Origin: Haliotis rufescens
Taxonomy: Eukaryota
Reading direction: 5' to 3'
Assembly: GCF_023055435.1 (NCBI RefSeq)
Contig: NW_025963879.1
Location: 15,438,001 to 15,502,000, forward strand
DNA: 64,000 nucleotides
In this document: positions 37,043-49,018 of the stretch, in pieces
Layout: the number at the start of each line of letters is the position of its first letter
How positions within the stretch are numbered: the first letter of the stretch is position 1
The notes under the pieces: model-generated
Told to the model about the DNA's origin: nothing
The model's input: only the letters and a program-made list of their open reading frames with translations
Databases searched by the model: none
Translations under genes and position numbers: made by a program

Positions 37043-37903
37043 TTATCTGATGATGGCCAATCTCGTGTTTGTTTCCTCGCCAATGTTTCTATCCAGACGT
37101 AATATGTGTTTTACACCCTTCCTGAAATCATCCATTCTGTAAGTGTAAATAAGCAGGTTGAAACAGTTTCCAAATAGTTCAGACATAGCTACGACTTTGG
37201 TCATATGAACTGTTATTCCAAAAAATTGCTTCATAATCAAGGAACATACAACTGGACTCCAAGACAGCCCGGACACTACAGCCGTTAATATAGCTGCCAT
37301 TGCCTTGCTGTGTCTCACCCTCACACCGTGCTGTAAGTCATGCGCAATGTGTCGTCTGGTGACGACATATATCCGTGCGTAGATCACCAGCATCAGCACC
37401 AGCAGGGTTAATGCCACAATGGGTTCTATATACTTCAAGCTAATATACTGGCGTATGATCGACTGAGACCCTGAGATGATCCATATTCCAATTGCGACTG
37501 CAACACATCGCGAGTAAGTTACATGGGCGGTGTATCGATAAGGAAACTGAATTGCAATGAAACGTTCACATGCCAAAGCAGAAATGTTGCAGAAGTTGAG
37601 ATAGGTCGACGTAATACGAAACCAGCTTGTCGCCGTCATGAAGTCTCTGTTGGAAAACATAAGCACAATATCAAAAGAACGTGCCAAAGAACAGAACAGA
37701 TCCCCCAGTACATTGTTTATAATCAACACATTACATGTCTTTCGTAAATTCTTCACACAAACAAATGCTGTGATGATTATGCCATTGCATATAACACTAC
37801 AGACTGCAAGAGTGATGCCAATTCCCCCAAAACCATACAGCATTGCCACCGAATACAAGCCTCCCTGTGGACCCTGACCAGTTGTGTTACTTTCGTTCAT
37901 CAT
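37043..37903 (-). CDS. Class A (rhodopsin-like) 7TM GPCR, single coding exon, orphan/chemoreceptor-like
   Basis: ATG at 37903 (MMNESNTT, two N-glycosylation sequons). TM1 ..CN.., TM2 ..LGD, TM3 ERFIAIQFPYRY, TM4 W, TM6 SWSP, TM7 NLLIY, helix 8 DDFRKGV. The track start at 37960 is a TTG lying upstream of a likely splice acceptor. Confidence 0.88.
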   Translation of the reverse strand: MMNESNTTGQGPQGGLYSVAMLYGFGGIGITLAVCSVICNGIIITAFVCVKNLRKTCNVLIINNVLGDLFCSLARSFDIVLMFSNRDFMTATSWFRITSTYLNFCNISALACERFIAIQFPYRYTAHVTYSRCVAVAIGIWIISGSQSIIRQYISLKYIEPIVALTLLVLMLVIYARIYVVTRRHIAHDLQHGVRVRHSKAMAAILTAVVSGLSWSPVVCSLIMKQFFGITVHMTKVVAMSELFGNCFNLLIYTYRMDDFRKGVKHILRLDRNIGEETNTRLAIIR

Positions 37904-38019
37904 GCGTTTATGACATCTGAAATTGAACAGGCGTTGTGGTGCCTTTTTCTTGTCGTGCAAACACTCCTCTCATTTACATATCAGGAGCAATCAGTGTATA
38001 CATCTCAGGCACAGATAAA

Positions 38020-38712
38020 CACGTCATGATCACACGACCATCACAGGTGCATCGCAGCCACAGATATGCTCGTCTCTGTCACAGTACCATCACAAGGCAC
38101 ATCTCAGTCACAGATATACATATCAATGTCACAGTACCATCACAAGGCACATCTCAGTCACAGATATACATATCAATGTCACAGTACCATCACAAGGCAC
38201 ATCTCAGTCACAGATATACATATCAGGGTCACACGACCATCACAAGGTACATCTCAGTCACTGATATACATATCAATGTCACAGTACCATCACAAGGCAC
38301 ATCTCAGTCACAGATATACATATCAGGGTCACAGTACCATCACAAGGCACATCTCAGTCACAGATATACATATCAATGTCACAGTACCATCACAAGGCAC
38401 ATCTCAGTCACTGATATACATATCAGGGTCACACGACCATCACAAGGCACATCTCAGTCACAGATATACATATCAGGGTCACACGACCATCACAAGGCAC
38501 ATCTCAGTCACAGATATACATATCAATGTCACACGACCATCACAAGGCACATCTCAGTCGCAGATATACATATCAATGTCACAGTACCATCACAAGGCAC
38601 ATCTCAGTCACAGATATACATATCAATGTCACAGTACCATCACAAGGCACATCTCAGTCACAGATATACATATCAATGTCACAGTACCATCACAAGGCAC
38701 ATCTCAGTCACA
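38020..38712. repeat. 50-bp minisatellite, ~13 near-identical units, directly 5' of the GPCR
   Basis: CACAAGGCACATCTCAGTCACAGATATACATATCAATGTCACAGTACCAT with a few alternating variants. Confidence 0.97.
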
Positions 38713-39419
38713 CATCCACAGATACGCCAGTGTCCAGAGGCATAGGCAACTGCCTTGTTGATTGTGTGTTGGTATACGGTTCTGACCGGGTATTGGTGTG
38801 GGTAATAGACTAATTAGACCTCTGCTCTCCCCTGAAATAATGAATCCGTGTATAACAATAGCGTTTTGATGTAATTCTAAACCTTACCCAGTTGGTCCTA
38901 TGATTCTAATATCATCTTGTTAGCATTATTAGCAGGACACGGAGCATAGAATTAGCAAAGGTGTTGCCGACGCAGTGTTGAAATACATTTCGCGGATCAG
39001 TTTTTGAATACATGATAAATAGAACTTATAAAGTAGTGGCTTTTCTATCGACTGGATAAGCTTGAAAATACCAAGTTTATATCAGATGTCTCAATGAGAT
39101 AGACTCCTTTTACATCTATCCTTCCAGTTTGTTACTAATCTATTTTTTATGAACAGCTATTTTAGTATTTTGACAGTACAGTATTTATTGTCACCTCCAA
39201 CGGTGGTATGAGCAGTTTTAGGTCCTTACATACAAGCATTACAACTGCCTTCGGCCTCAGTGTCCTATTGGTGAGACTTAATATTTTGCCACAGAAACAG
39301 TGTGAACAAATTTGTAAACAAGCGTGAACGTTTGTCGTTTTTGCGTTTAATGAAGACACTGCAAGATAATAATACATGTTGACGGCAAACTGAGACAGGG
39401 TCTATTGTAGAGTTTAAAA

Positions 39420-40265
39420 TCATCCATATGGCTACAAGAGACACTCTACAGCATTATACTACATGTTACAAATGTTGCTGCTCTTGGCGAATGTGGTAGA
39501 TATGGCTTATTTATTGATTATCACAAGAGATGTATTAAATATTGGTTGAAATTGTTATCTTTACCCAGTTATAGATACCCTAAGCAATGTTATTTAATGC
39601 TGAAATCTTTAGATGAAGTTAATCGCACTACATTGGTAACTTGTGTCAAAAGACTATTATTCAGTTATGGATTTGGCCACGTGTGAATTTCGCAGGAAGT
39701 TGGTAATGAGACCCTCTTTATTAATGCATTTATTCAAAGGTTAAAAGACTGTAACCAACAGGACTGGTATTGTAAAGTTTGTGAAATACGTAAATTATCA
39801 ATGTATAAGGAATATAAGTCATTGCTAACAGTTGAAAAGTATCTCTGTGAAATCACAAGCCGTCATTATAGACGTATGTTTTGTTTGTTAAGAATTGGCG
39901 AGTTGCCATTGATGGTAAATTTAGGTAGAAGATGCGGTATAGAGTACTGTAATAGGCAGTGTAGATATTGTAATTTACAGGAAATTGAAGATGAGTTTCA
40001 TTTAATGCTTGTCTGCCCATGTTACAGATATTTAAGAAATAAGTATTTACCTATTTATTACTCTTCCAATCCTACCTTATTTAAATATAATACTCTATTA
40101 TCTTGTAACCGCACTAGTATTGTAACTAATTGTGTTATGTATATACTGGAAGCACTTGCAATCCGAAATACTGTCACTTAATACACTCTGTCATCTGCCT
40201 CATACTGTATTTTTCAATGAGTATTTGTACGTGGGCCTATGGCCTTTATACTGAAATAAAGAATT
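39420..40265 (+). mobile_element. 3' end of non-LTR retrotransposon ORF2 (RTE-X/CR1-like), 5'-truncated
   Basis: TTNVAALGECGRY...CIKYWLKL, then LRIGELPL...GR...RQCRYCNLQEIEDEFHLMLVCPCY..LR.KYL. Short 3' UTR ending in AATAAA. Confidence 0.8.
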
Positions 40266-41559
40266 GACTTATACTACAGAAAGGTCAGACCTCTACAATG
40301 CGTGTTTCCGCTTTAACCGGTATCGAAGTTTCACTGTAAATCTTGGATGCAGGGTGGTCTCTGGGGCTTCACTATTTGCATAGATGAATATGATGATGAC
40401 ATTTATTCTATGATTTCTTTCTTCATGTACATACATGACATCGGTTTCTCCTCAATGAACCACGTTATTATTCATAACTTTGTAGTTTTAAAAAACAAGT
40501 ACATGTAATGTAGTTGAAACGCAATTATGAATACATTGTAATCTATATACAAATGTTGGAATTTATCCATAGCACATTCTGCCTTTAAATGTGATACGAG
40601 AGTTGGCATTGGAATATTAACATGGATCTGCAACTGCCATAGGTGCTTTTGTTTGAGCTATATGCAATACTCACACGTAATTAGTTAATTAGTTAATAAT
40701 TAATCCGAATTGAGTTGGTTCATTATCTGAAGTGCAAGGTATTTCACACAGCACCTACACCTAATTGCACCTGTATCTGTCTGACACACAGATTCTGTTT
40801 AAGGTTAGTGAAAACCATGGTTTATCACTGAGCAAGAGATGTCCATCATATCCACACGGTATAAGTAGGTACTATATCTTCGCGAATTACCCGACCAAGA
40901 CGCGCAATTAGACCTTGATACGGCCATTCTGACCGAGACACTTTCTTTGGGCGGATCGAATGAGTCATTCAAAGACGTCATTCGTAGACTCCGAGGAAAT
41001 ATTGTCGAGAGAACCCTGCAGGAGATCACCGATGAAGACAACATCCATAAATAGACTCCTGGTTTATTTGGGGACAAGGATCTCTTTGTTTGTTGTTTTG
41101 ATTCCATTCCCTTCGTGTATTTCCACTGCAGATCTTTGGAAGAGTGAATGAAGCCACTCATGGTATTCGGGTCCTGTATTGACCGTTTTTGTCTGCGATT
41201 AGATATCCCCTGATTCGGTCTATAGACAGAGAAATAAAAGGCTTGCCTACACGTGATCGGTTAGGATAGAAAATCAAAGAGAATTCCAACGTGTCTCTCA
41301 AGAGCTTATCACTTGTCTGGAAATAGCAGCAGTGGATTGACACAATTTCATGATGTACTTTACTTTATGCTATAAATTTGGGGGTCTTGTGAGGCAACCA
41401 ATGTGTCTTTACGCGTAATTAGGTTATAATCAATATTCATATGAAACATTTCTTCCACTGCGTCACCAAAACTGAGGAGCAAAAGAAACTATTCCTCTCA
41501 TAAGATATGATCATATGTTTGATCTTCAATTGTAAATATCTTAATAATATAATTAATTA

Positions 41560-42590
41560 AAGCGACAAAACCATATCCAATAGAAATTATGATACCAGGT
41601 TTTCGCGATAAGGAGAGCCTATCCTGCCCCGACGGTGGCACCCGTCACAAATACGCGCAAAGGCAAGTCAATTGTTCACCTAAAAAAACATGGGACCATA
41701 TGGTACAAGTCAAAATAGGAAATTGCATCGGACATCATTTTTGTCACTGATGCGTCACATTTGGAAATGTCCTCCACATGTCTACCATTAAACTTTTTAA
41801 AAGCTTTACTGAGGCCTTGAATGTTGTAACCTTGATCAAACAACTTCTGAGCAAGAGTCGTATGACGCTCCTTGAAATCTTGGTAGAAAGAGCATGCTCG
41901 ATTGTATCTCAAAAGTTGTGAAATGTAAACACCAAAGGCTGGAGCTGCTGGAATATTGCTCGACATGAAGGGAAAGTTGACTTTTGGTAAGTTGAAGTCA
42001 TTCCTCTTGTCATACAGTCTTGGTGAGAGTGGTTTTTTTCACTCTGAATCGTTATGCATAGATCTAAATATGAAACACATGAGGCGGTCTCACAGGTCTC
42101 CTTTATTTCTTGTTCAGGTGGGTAAATAGGTGGAAGGGAATTGGCTATTTGATTGTTATTGAACGATATCACATCATCGATATACGTCAAGCTTAAGTTA
42201 AACTTTTTGGCCAGATTACCTATTTATATGCAAAAATTGATTGTGGGTTCGAATCCCTGTTCGCCCCGATTATGTTTCTAGGTTTGTCAGCACCATACCC
42301 TTGCTCGTAAATTCACCGAACTGGTAAACGTCTGAGACCTGCATCACTTCGGGCTTTCCTCCCACATTAAGCTGAAACGCCGTGATATAACTGGAATACT
42401 GTTAAAAGCGGCGTTAAACCCAACTCACTCACTATATGCAAAGAGAAACAGATCCACAAGAAGGGGGGCACAATTGGTGCACATGGGGATGCCAACTTCT
42501 TGCCCTTAAAATGTCTTACCCTTAATAGCAGCAATATTACATCCCAAAAATGAACTTTACTGGTGCTTAGTCAGCACTCAAAGAATAAAT
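41560..42590 (-). mobile_element. Penelope-like retroelement fragment interrupted by a SINE
   Basis: GIPMCTNCAP...DLFLFAY (RT motif B, ~42435-42495), YIDDV, SSNIPAAPAFGVYISQLLRYNRACS. The ORF ends without a GIY-YIG domain. Confidence 0.87.
42235..42432 (+). mobile_element. 5'-truncated Leu/Ser-head SINE inserted in the Penelope RT
   Basis: B box GGTTCGAATCCC, body as 31648, (ACTC)n tail. TSD TATATGCAAA at 42225-42234 and 42433-42442. Confidence 0.85.
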
Positions 42591-42849
42591 CTGCATTGAT
42601 GTATTTATTAGAATACACCACTGCCGATAGGTATCTTAGACATCTTATGTTTGAAAATCAATCAGTTTCTATTTTTCTTCGGCACCAATTTACAACATTC
42701 CATGGTTTGGGTCATGTGGTTGCAAAATAATTTCTTTCCCCAGTCTTCATTGAACCAATCCATTTCGACACAAGATAAGACGGCTCAAGATTACTTTTTT
42801 ACTAACTGTTTCAGGAATGAGTGATGATTAAATAGACAGTTTTTGTATA

Positions 42850-42985
42850 GTGATCCTGCCCCAACAGTGGTACGCTTCACAAGCACATGCACAGGCAAGT
42901 CAAATGTTCACCTAAAGAAACATGATACAAGACAAAATAGGAAATTGCATCGGACACAATGTTTTGGTCAATGATACGTCAACAA
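42850..42985 (-). mobile_element. Penelope-like 3' end fragment
   Basis: Matches ~41620-41760 (ATCCTGCCCC...GGCAAGTCAA...GGAAATTGCATCGGACA). Confidence 0.75.
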
Positions 42986-43150
42986 ATCATGTTCAAAATA
43001 CAGATTAAATCAGACCTACTCACGACTGAGAACACGTGAGTGACGCAGGCCATACCCTAATTTAACTCACGGACAAGGGCATAGTGTTGACAGACATCAT
43101 TGCAATCGATTATTACTAAGCACATCCACAACCCAACTCCACCACTCAAA

Positions 43151-43460
43151 GACCTGTGACGATCCGGGGTAGAATAGGTCTTCAGCAACCCATGCTTGCC
43201 GTAAAAGGCGACTAAGCTTGTCGTAAGAGGCGACTATCGGGATCGGGTGGTCAGGCTCGCTTGGTTGATGCATGTCATCGATCTCAATTGCGTTGATCGA
43301 TGTTCATGATGTCAATCACTGGATTGTCTTGTCCAGACTCGATTATTTAAACACCGCCGTCATATAAGCAGGAATATTGCTGAGTTCGGCGTTAAACAAC
43401 ATATAAACAAACAAAGCATGTCATCGATTCTCAATTGCGTGAATCGATGCTCATGATACA
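43151..43460 (+). mobile_element. Non-tRNA-headed SINE-like element (double-hairpin variant) plus partial repeat
   Basis: Full head, tandem GCTTGYCGTAARAGGCGACTA modules, tail. Confidence 0.87.
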
Positions 43461-44550
43461 AACAAACAAAAGTAAAAAAATAGCAAATATATGAGAATAG
43501 ATAGCAAACTAAACCATATGCGGAATAAGGACTGACAATTCCTGCAATAATGATACACATAAATAGCTTCTTGTTATTAGTGCAGAACATTTGCAGATGA
43601 CGAAGTTCATTATCCTCTGAGCTTTAAGTGATTTGGTCGAAAGGAAAATGAATAGCTGAAGGCACGTGGTCGTAAAAATACGAAGAGCAGTGGTAAACAT
43701 CCTAAACGACATCGTCTAAATCAAGTCATTTCAGGGCACAACGACCGAAATATCGATCATAATAAACCAGTCTCTATTAGAAGTTTTCTCGCCCTGTCCT
43801 TTCTATATTTAGACTTCTTCTTGAAAACATAGCTTTGAACGCGGCGCATTTTACCATCGAGAAGACCGTCATCAAAGCGCTCAAATAAAGCAACGATGTG
43901 CCTTCGAGTAACCAATAGACAGAAATTACGACTTGTAACCAACTGTAACATGAACTCTTTCACCGCTATATCTGTAACCTATAAAATCATAGATTTCTTC
44001 AGCCACACGAAGGGTTAAGATACGGAAAGTGATTGTAGCCCATCGCTAAGGTCAAAGGCCGTTTAGGGGAGACGCTTCTTTCGGCGATCGATTTCGATTT
44101 TGCGGATGAAATTGGTTTACTCCAGCCGCTGCTGGCTCGAAGCTGCCAAACTGAAGAAATGGGAAACGTAAACAATACCGACTGTCGGACTGCGGGCTTA
44201 CCCTTTAGATTATTTGTTTTAAATTATTTGTTTTCGGTAAATCTGTGTAAACCCACCGGAGAGGGGAATAATTGATACTTTAGTGTTGGTCTCTAGCTGA
44301 GGAATATGGGAAACGCGGTAAACACTACCATAAACCGTTCCGATAACGGGAAGTGTTTCAGAGTTAAGTGCTATAGGAGCCATGGTTTATGACTGCTGTA
44401 GCTGATTTCAATATGACCTGCAGAACACACAGCATAAAAAACTTGTAACTAAAATACCGTCTGATAACAATATTCAGTTATGCCAAAGGCCCGTGTCTGT
44501 CACATGATCAAGGTTTTCGTCAAAGAAAGTACAAGGCTCTATTTGGAGAT

Positions 44551-44809
44551 TGGTTGGTTGGTTTGTTGTTTAACGCCGCACTCAGCAATATTCCAGCTAT
44601 ATGACGGCGGTCTGTAAACATTCTAGTCTGGACCAGAAAATCCAGTGATTAATATCATGAGCATCGATCCAAGCAAGTGTGATTGATGACATGCATCAAC
44701 CAAGTCACCGAGCCTGACCACCCGATCCCGTAAGTCGCCTTTTACGACAAGCATAGTCACCTTTTACGGCAAGCATGGGTTGCTGAAGACCTCGGAATCT
44801 TCACGGGTC
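44551..44809 (-). mobile_element. Non-tRNA-headed SINE-like element
   Basis: Reverse complement of the 49019 copy, with a small head deletion. Confidence 0.87.
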
Positions 44810-45649
44810 CTATTTGGAGAGTGACCCAGTGCTTTTGAATGTTCACGTCGATTCGTTATTATTCATATCATTTTCACAGCTATTAGGTCCTTTACGCCAA
44901 ATGGAATCTGTTTCGGCGGATAATCTAGACTGGCTATTCTCTTGCATTGACATTTCATATTTACTTAATGAACTTTAAGTTTTCAGACCGTTTTTTTTGT
45001 TTCTGTCAAAGTGATTTTTTAGAAACATATTTATATAACATGTAGCAATGCGTTCGGTGTGATAAAACACAAGAACTCTGAATTGAGAGGCACTGTGATT
45101 GAAGAAAGTCCTGAATTCACCAGAGCAAGTATAAAGTTTTTCTCTTTAACTGTTTGGCATTCGAGAAGTTGGTGAGTAAGTAAGAAAACGTACAACTTTA
45201 TGGATAACACCTTCTGGTTAATTATTGCATATAGCTGACGACCAAAATTTGTTTGTTTTACGGCGCACTCAGTAATATTCCAACTTTATGACGAGGGTCA
45301 ACCAACCAACCAACCAACCAAATCTTGTAGATTGAACATTAGACCATGTGTATATTATCTGTGTATTTACATGCATATATGCGTGGTAATTGAATGGTAT
45401 ATGGATATAGGAATATCTGTGTTTAAGTGCATATTAATCGTGAATGAAGCTATTACAATCTTACATGTTTCACACAAAGTCTTGAGTTGGCCGTGTTTTG
45501 TCAGTCGTCGTTGTTTCTAATACAACCACCATCATACCTTATGTACGCGTACTTTTGATATTGACGTTGGTTATTCGAGTAGTACTTGCTCAATGGACGT
45601 TGAATAACTGTGTGTTTATTTAAGTTCTTCTGAGTTTAGTACATGCATG

Positions 45650-45883
45650 TTGTTTGTTGAATAGCCGTGTGTAGTTATCGCACTCAGCAATATTCCAGCT
45701 GTATGGCGACGGTCTGTAAATAATCGAGTCTTGGCCAGACAATCCAGTGATTGACATCATGAGCATAGATCTGCGCAATTGGGATACGATGACCAACCAA
45801 GTCACTTCTTACGACAAGCATAGTCGCCTTTCACGGCAGGCATGGGTTCTTGAAGATCTATTCTACCCCGGATCTTCACGGGC
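45650..45883 (-). mobile_element. Non-tRNA-headed SINE-like element
   Basis: Reverse-complement copy ending at GATCTTCACGGG. Confidence 0.85.
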
Positions 45884-45926
45884 TGAATAGTTACCAGCAT
45901 GTAGCGACGTGTGTACGTTTGTTACA

Positions 45927-46852
45927 GACCCGTGAAGATCCGGGGAAGAATAGTTACCTACTTCAGCAACCCATGCTAGCCGTAAAAAGCGACTATGCTT
46001 GTCGTAACAGGCCACTAACGGGATCGGGTGGTCAGGCTCGCTGACTTGGTTGATGCATGTCATCGATCCCAATTGCGTGGATCGATGCTCATGTTATTAA
46101 TCACTGGATTGTCTGGACTCGATTATTTTACAGACTGCCGTCATATAGCTGGAATATTGCTGAGTGCGGCGTTAAACAACAAACCAACCAACCAACCAAC
46201 CAATTGTGTGGATCGATGTTCATGATGTCAATCACTGGATTGTCTTGCTTAGACTCGATTATTTTCCCGACCGCCGTCATATTGCTTGAAGCCGCCTCCG
46301 CGGTCTAGTTGTAGAGCGTCCGCTCGGAGAGCGGAAGGTCCGGGGTTCGATCCCCGGCCGCGTCATACCAAAAGACGTTAAAAGATGGTACTTGTTGTTA
46401 CCCTGTTTGGCGCTCAGCATTAAGGGGCTAAAACAAGGACTGGTCGGCTCGGAGTCAGTATACTGTGTCTGAGTGGGGTATTCATGTTAAACTGCGGCAT
46501 AGTATCTCAGTGAGCTAGCACTATAAATCAGCATCAGTCCGGACTAGTACAAGCAGCAACAAACACACACACACACACGTGCATGCACGTCGCTATATAA
46601 GTGCAATAATCATGGACGCGACGTTAAACCCAATTTCACCTCACCTCATATTGCTTGAATATTGCTGAGTGCGGCGTCAAGCAACAAACAAATAAATAAA
46701 GCATATCATCGATTCTCAATTGCCTGAATCGATGCTCATAATGTCAATTACTGGATTGTCTGGTCCAGACTCGATTATTTACAGACCGTCGTCATTTAGC
46801 TGGAATATTGCTGAGTGCGGCGTTTACCAACAAATAAACAAACAAACAAACA
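45927..46852 (+). mobile_element. Non-tRNA-headed element followed by two tandem 3' partial copies, one interrupted by a V-SINE
   Basis: Full copy 45927-46203. Partial copies 46203-46290/46660-46700 and ~46703-46852. Confidence 0.85.
46291..46645 (+). mobile_element. Full-length V-SINE-like element with 14-bp TSD
   Basis: Near-identical to 8831-9181. TSD TCATATTGCTTGAA (46277-46290, 46646-46659). Confidence 0.92.
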
Positions 46853-49018
46853 TACTTGGGTTGTGTTATTACGCCGTCTTGTGACAATCGTTTGCTATCG
46901 ATTGGTGCATAACACAAATAACATTTACCATTGATCCTTAAGTTGGTTGTGTGACTTAAACCATGCATTCATAAACCATACAGGTAATTTGTCTGAGGGA
47001 GACAGACAGATATATGATCTGAAAGAATTCGATTCCATTCAGTTATGAAGCGTTAAAGGGGGACTGCGCTCCACTGTCCAGCGCCTATGTGGAGGTCTAG
47101 ACGTTTTACATGTGACATTGTCGCTTTGTAATTTGGGCAAACATCATGAACTTGTGTTTACAGTCACGTAGCATAGCTTTTATGACTTTAATGAAGTTTG
47201 CTACGACAGTCTATTCGTTGGAGCCAAGCCCCCTTAAGGAAAATTTCTGTTACATGATGTTGGGTGACTCTCAAGACACTAATCAAACTGCTTTCGTTAA
47301 AATGATATATATCCGTGCATTTGTTTGCTTTTCGAATTTCTTTCTGAAGCATCTCCCTGAGGAGTATACAACCCATGCGGCATGTTATAGATGTTAGGTT
47401 TTGCATTCACCTCAACATATCATCCTACCGGGTACCCATTTCCTGCAGGATGTGTAAAGGCACGTTTCGAACAACGTAAATTGCCTTAGGTGACAACAGT
47501 GTTTTCCTTTAGCATTTATTTCAGTGTGTGTAACTAGAAACTATGAATTCATTCTTGTCGACGCAGAATGCAATCGCACATTAAACTACTTTCCACCGCC
47601 ACCGTTTCTTAACTTCGTTTTTGCTGAAAATGATCAAATGTATCAGATTCAAGAATACGACGTTTTGCAGTCGAGCCCGCTCACTTGTGTCCATCTGATT
47701 CTGGACGTGTTTATTAATGCACACTCGCGTTTCATGTCCCTACTTGCATTGTAAGCTGATGCGACAGACTGAAAGACCTAAAGGCAGATTTTGCCTCGAT
47801 AAAAAGGGTGCAAAATCATCTTTGTAAAATGTACTGGAGCGTGGGTTACAATTGGGTGTTAGCTGTTAGCAGCATTTTGTACACTTAAGACACTGCTTAT
47901 TTCTGTCTACAAACTGATGTTGGATGATATATAAAATCGACCCTCGTTGATATATTTGATATCAAAAGACACTCGGGTGAGATTCTCTATCTGTTCAAGT
48001 ATGAAATCATAACATTTGAAACTTCGATCCAACGCCCTCGGATCCAAGTGAAACTTCCGATCATCGAATATTCAATACCCGCAAATCTGAAAAAAACTCA
48101 TCATTTTATCTCCTAAAGTATTATCCATTTGTCTTTAAAACGAAGTCTTATGAGACGAAGCAGCACCAAGCAGGACTCGAATCAATGGATGACACGAAGA
48201 AGTCAATGGGACCAATATGTTTTTTTCACAAAAATGGGAAATCGATATGCGTCACTCAAGATTGACCAACATGCACTGAAGGCGAATCATCTGATTATCT
48301 ATATATCGACCAGATGGACATACGTCGCTATGAAGATTGAGTGAGACGTCACATATATGTATATATAACTTGTATCTTGCGTCTGTTGTCTCCTATAATA
48401 GTATACTCATTATTAGTTCACACAGTTCAGAATTAAACAAGAATAGCTCAACAATATAATACATGCAGTTAAAGTTCATCCCCATCTTCGCCACTCACAA
48501 TGTACCCTTGGTTGAATAGATCACCAGCGGCCTAAGCTTGTCGCCATCGTAAGAGCGAAACATGGAACCGGTGGTCAGGCGGAGGTCCGGGCAGATAGCG
48601 TGTCAGCGTATCAATGATGGTTCGAATGCAGACTGGATTATCAAAGGCCGCCGTCACAATACGTTGAGTACAGCTGGGTGAAGCGTTAGACATCAAAAAG
48701 AAAATTACTATCCACGCAATTCACGATCATAAGATTTAATCTATGCTTGTTATATTGATAAAAAATGTGACAAATATTGTAATATGAATTGAAAAAGATA
48801 CTCATCAGCAGGGTAACCGCATGGTCTTCTAAGGTATCGCGATTCATTGTGCAAAATTGTGTACCTTAGGCGTGCCAGGATCCTGTGATCATTGGTATGA
48901 TTCCTGAATTCGAACTGATAATGCTCCTTGGTTTCTCAGCACCATGTTATTGGGTTTCACCAAAGTGGTATAAGTCCTACAGCTGTATCATTTCATAGCC
49001 TCACTCCTACACTATTGC

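Noticed and set aside
37936-38813. Long ORFs (269, 231, 95 aa) rich in His/Ser/Thr
   Set aside because: They are translations of the 50-bp minisatellite. The unit is not a multiple of 3, so the same peptides cycle through all frames.
43600-44300. CpG-rich segment resembling a DNA transposon end or promoter
   Set aside because: No TIR, TSD or protein motif that I could identify with confidence.
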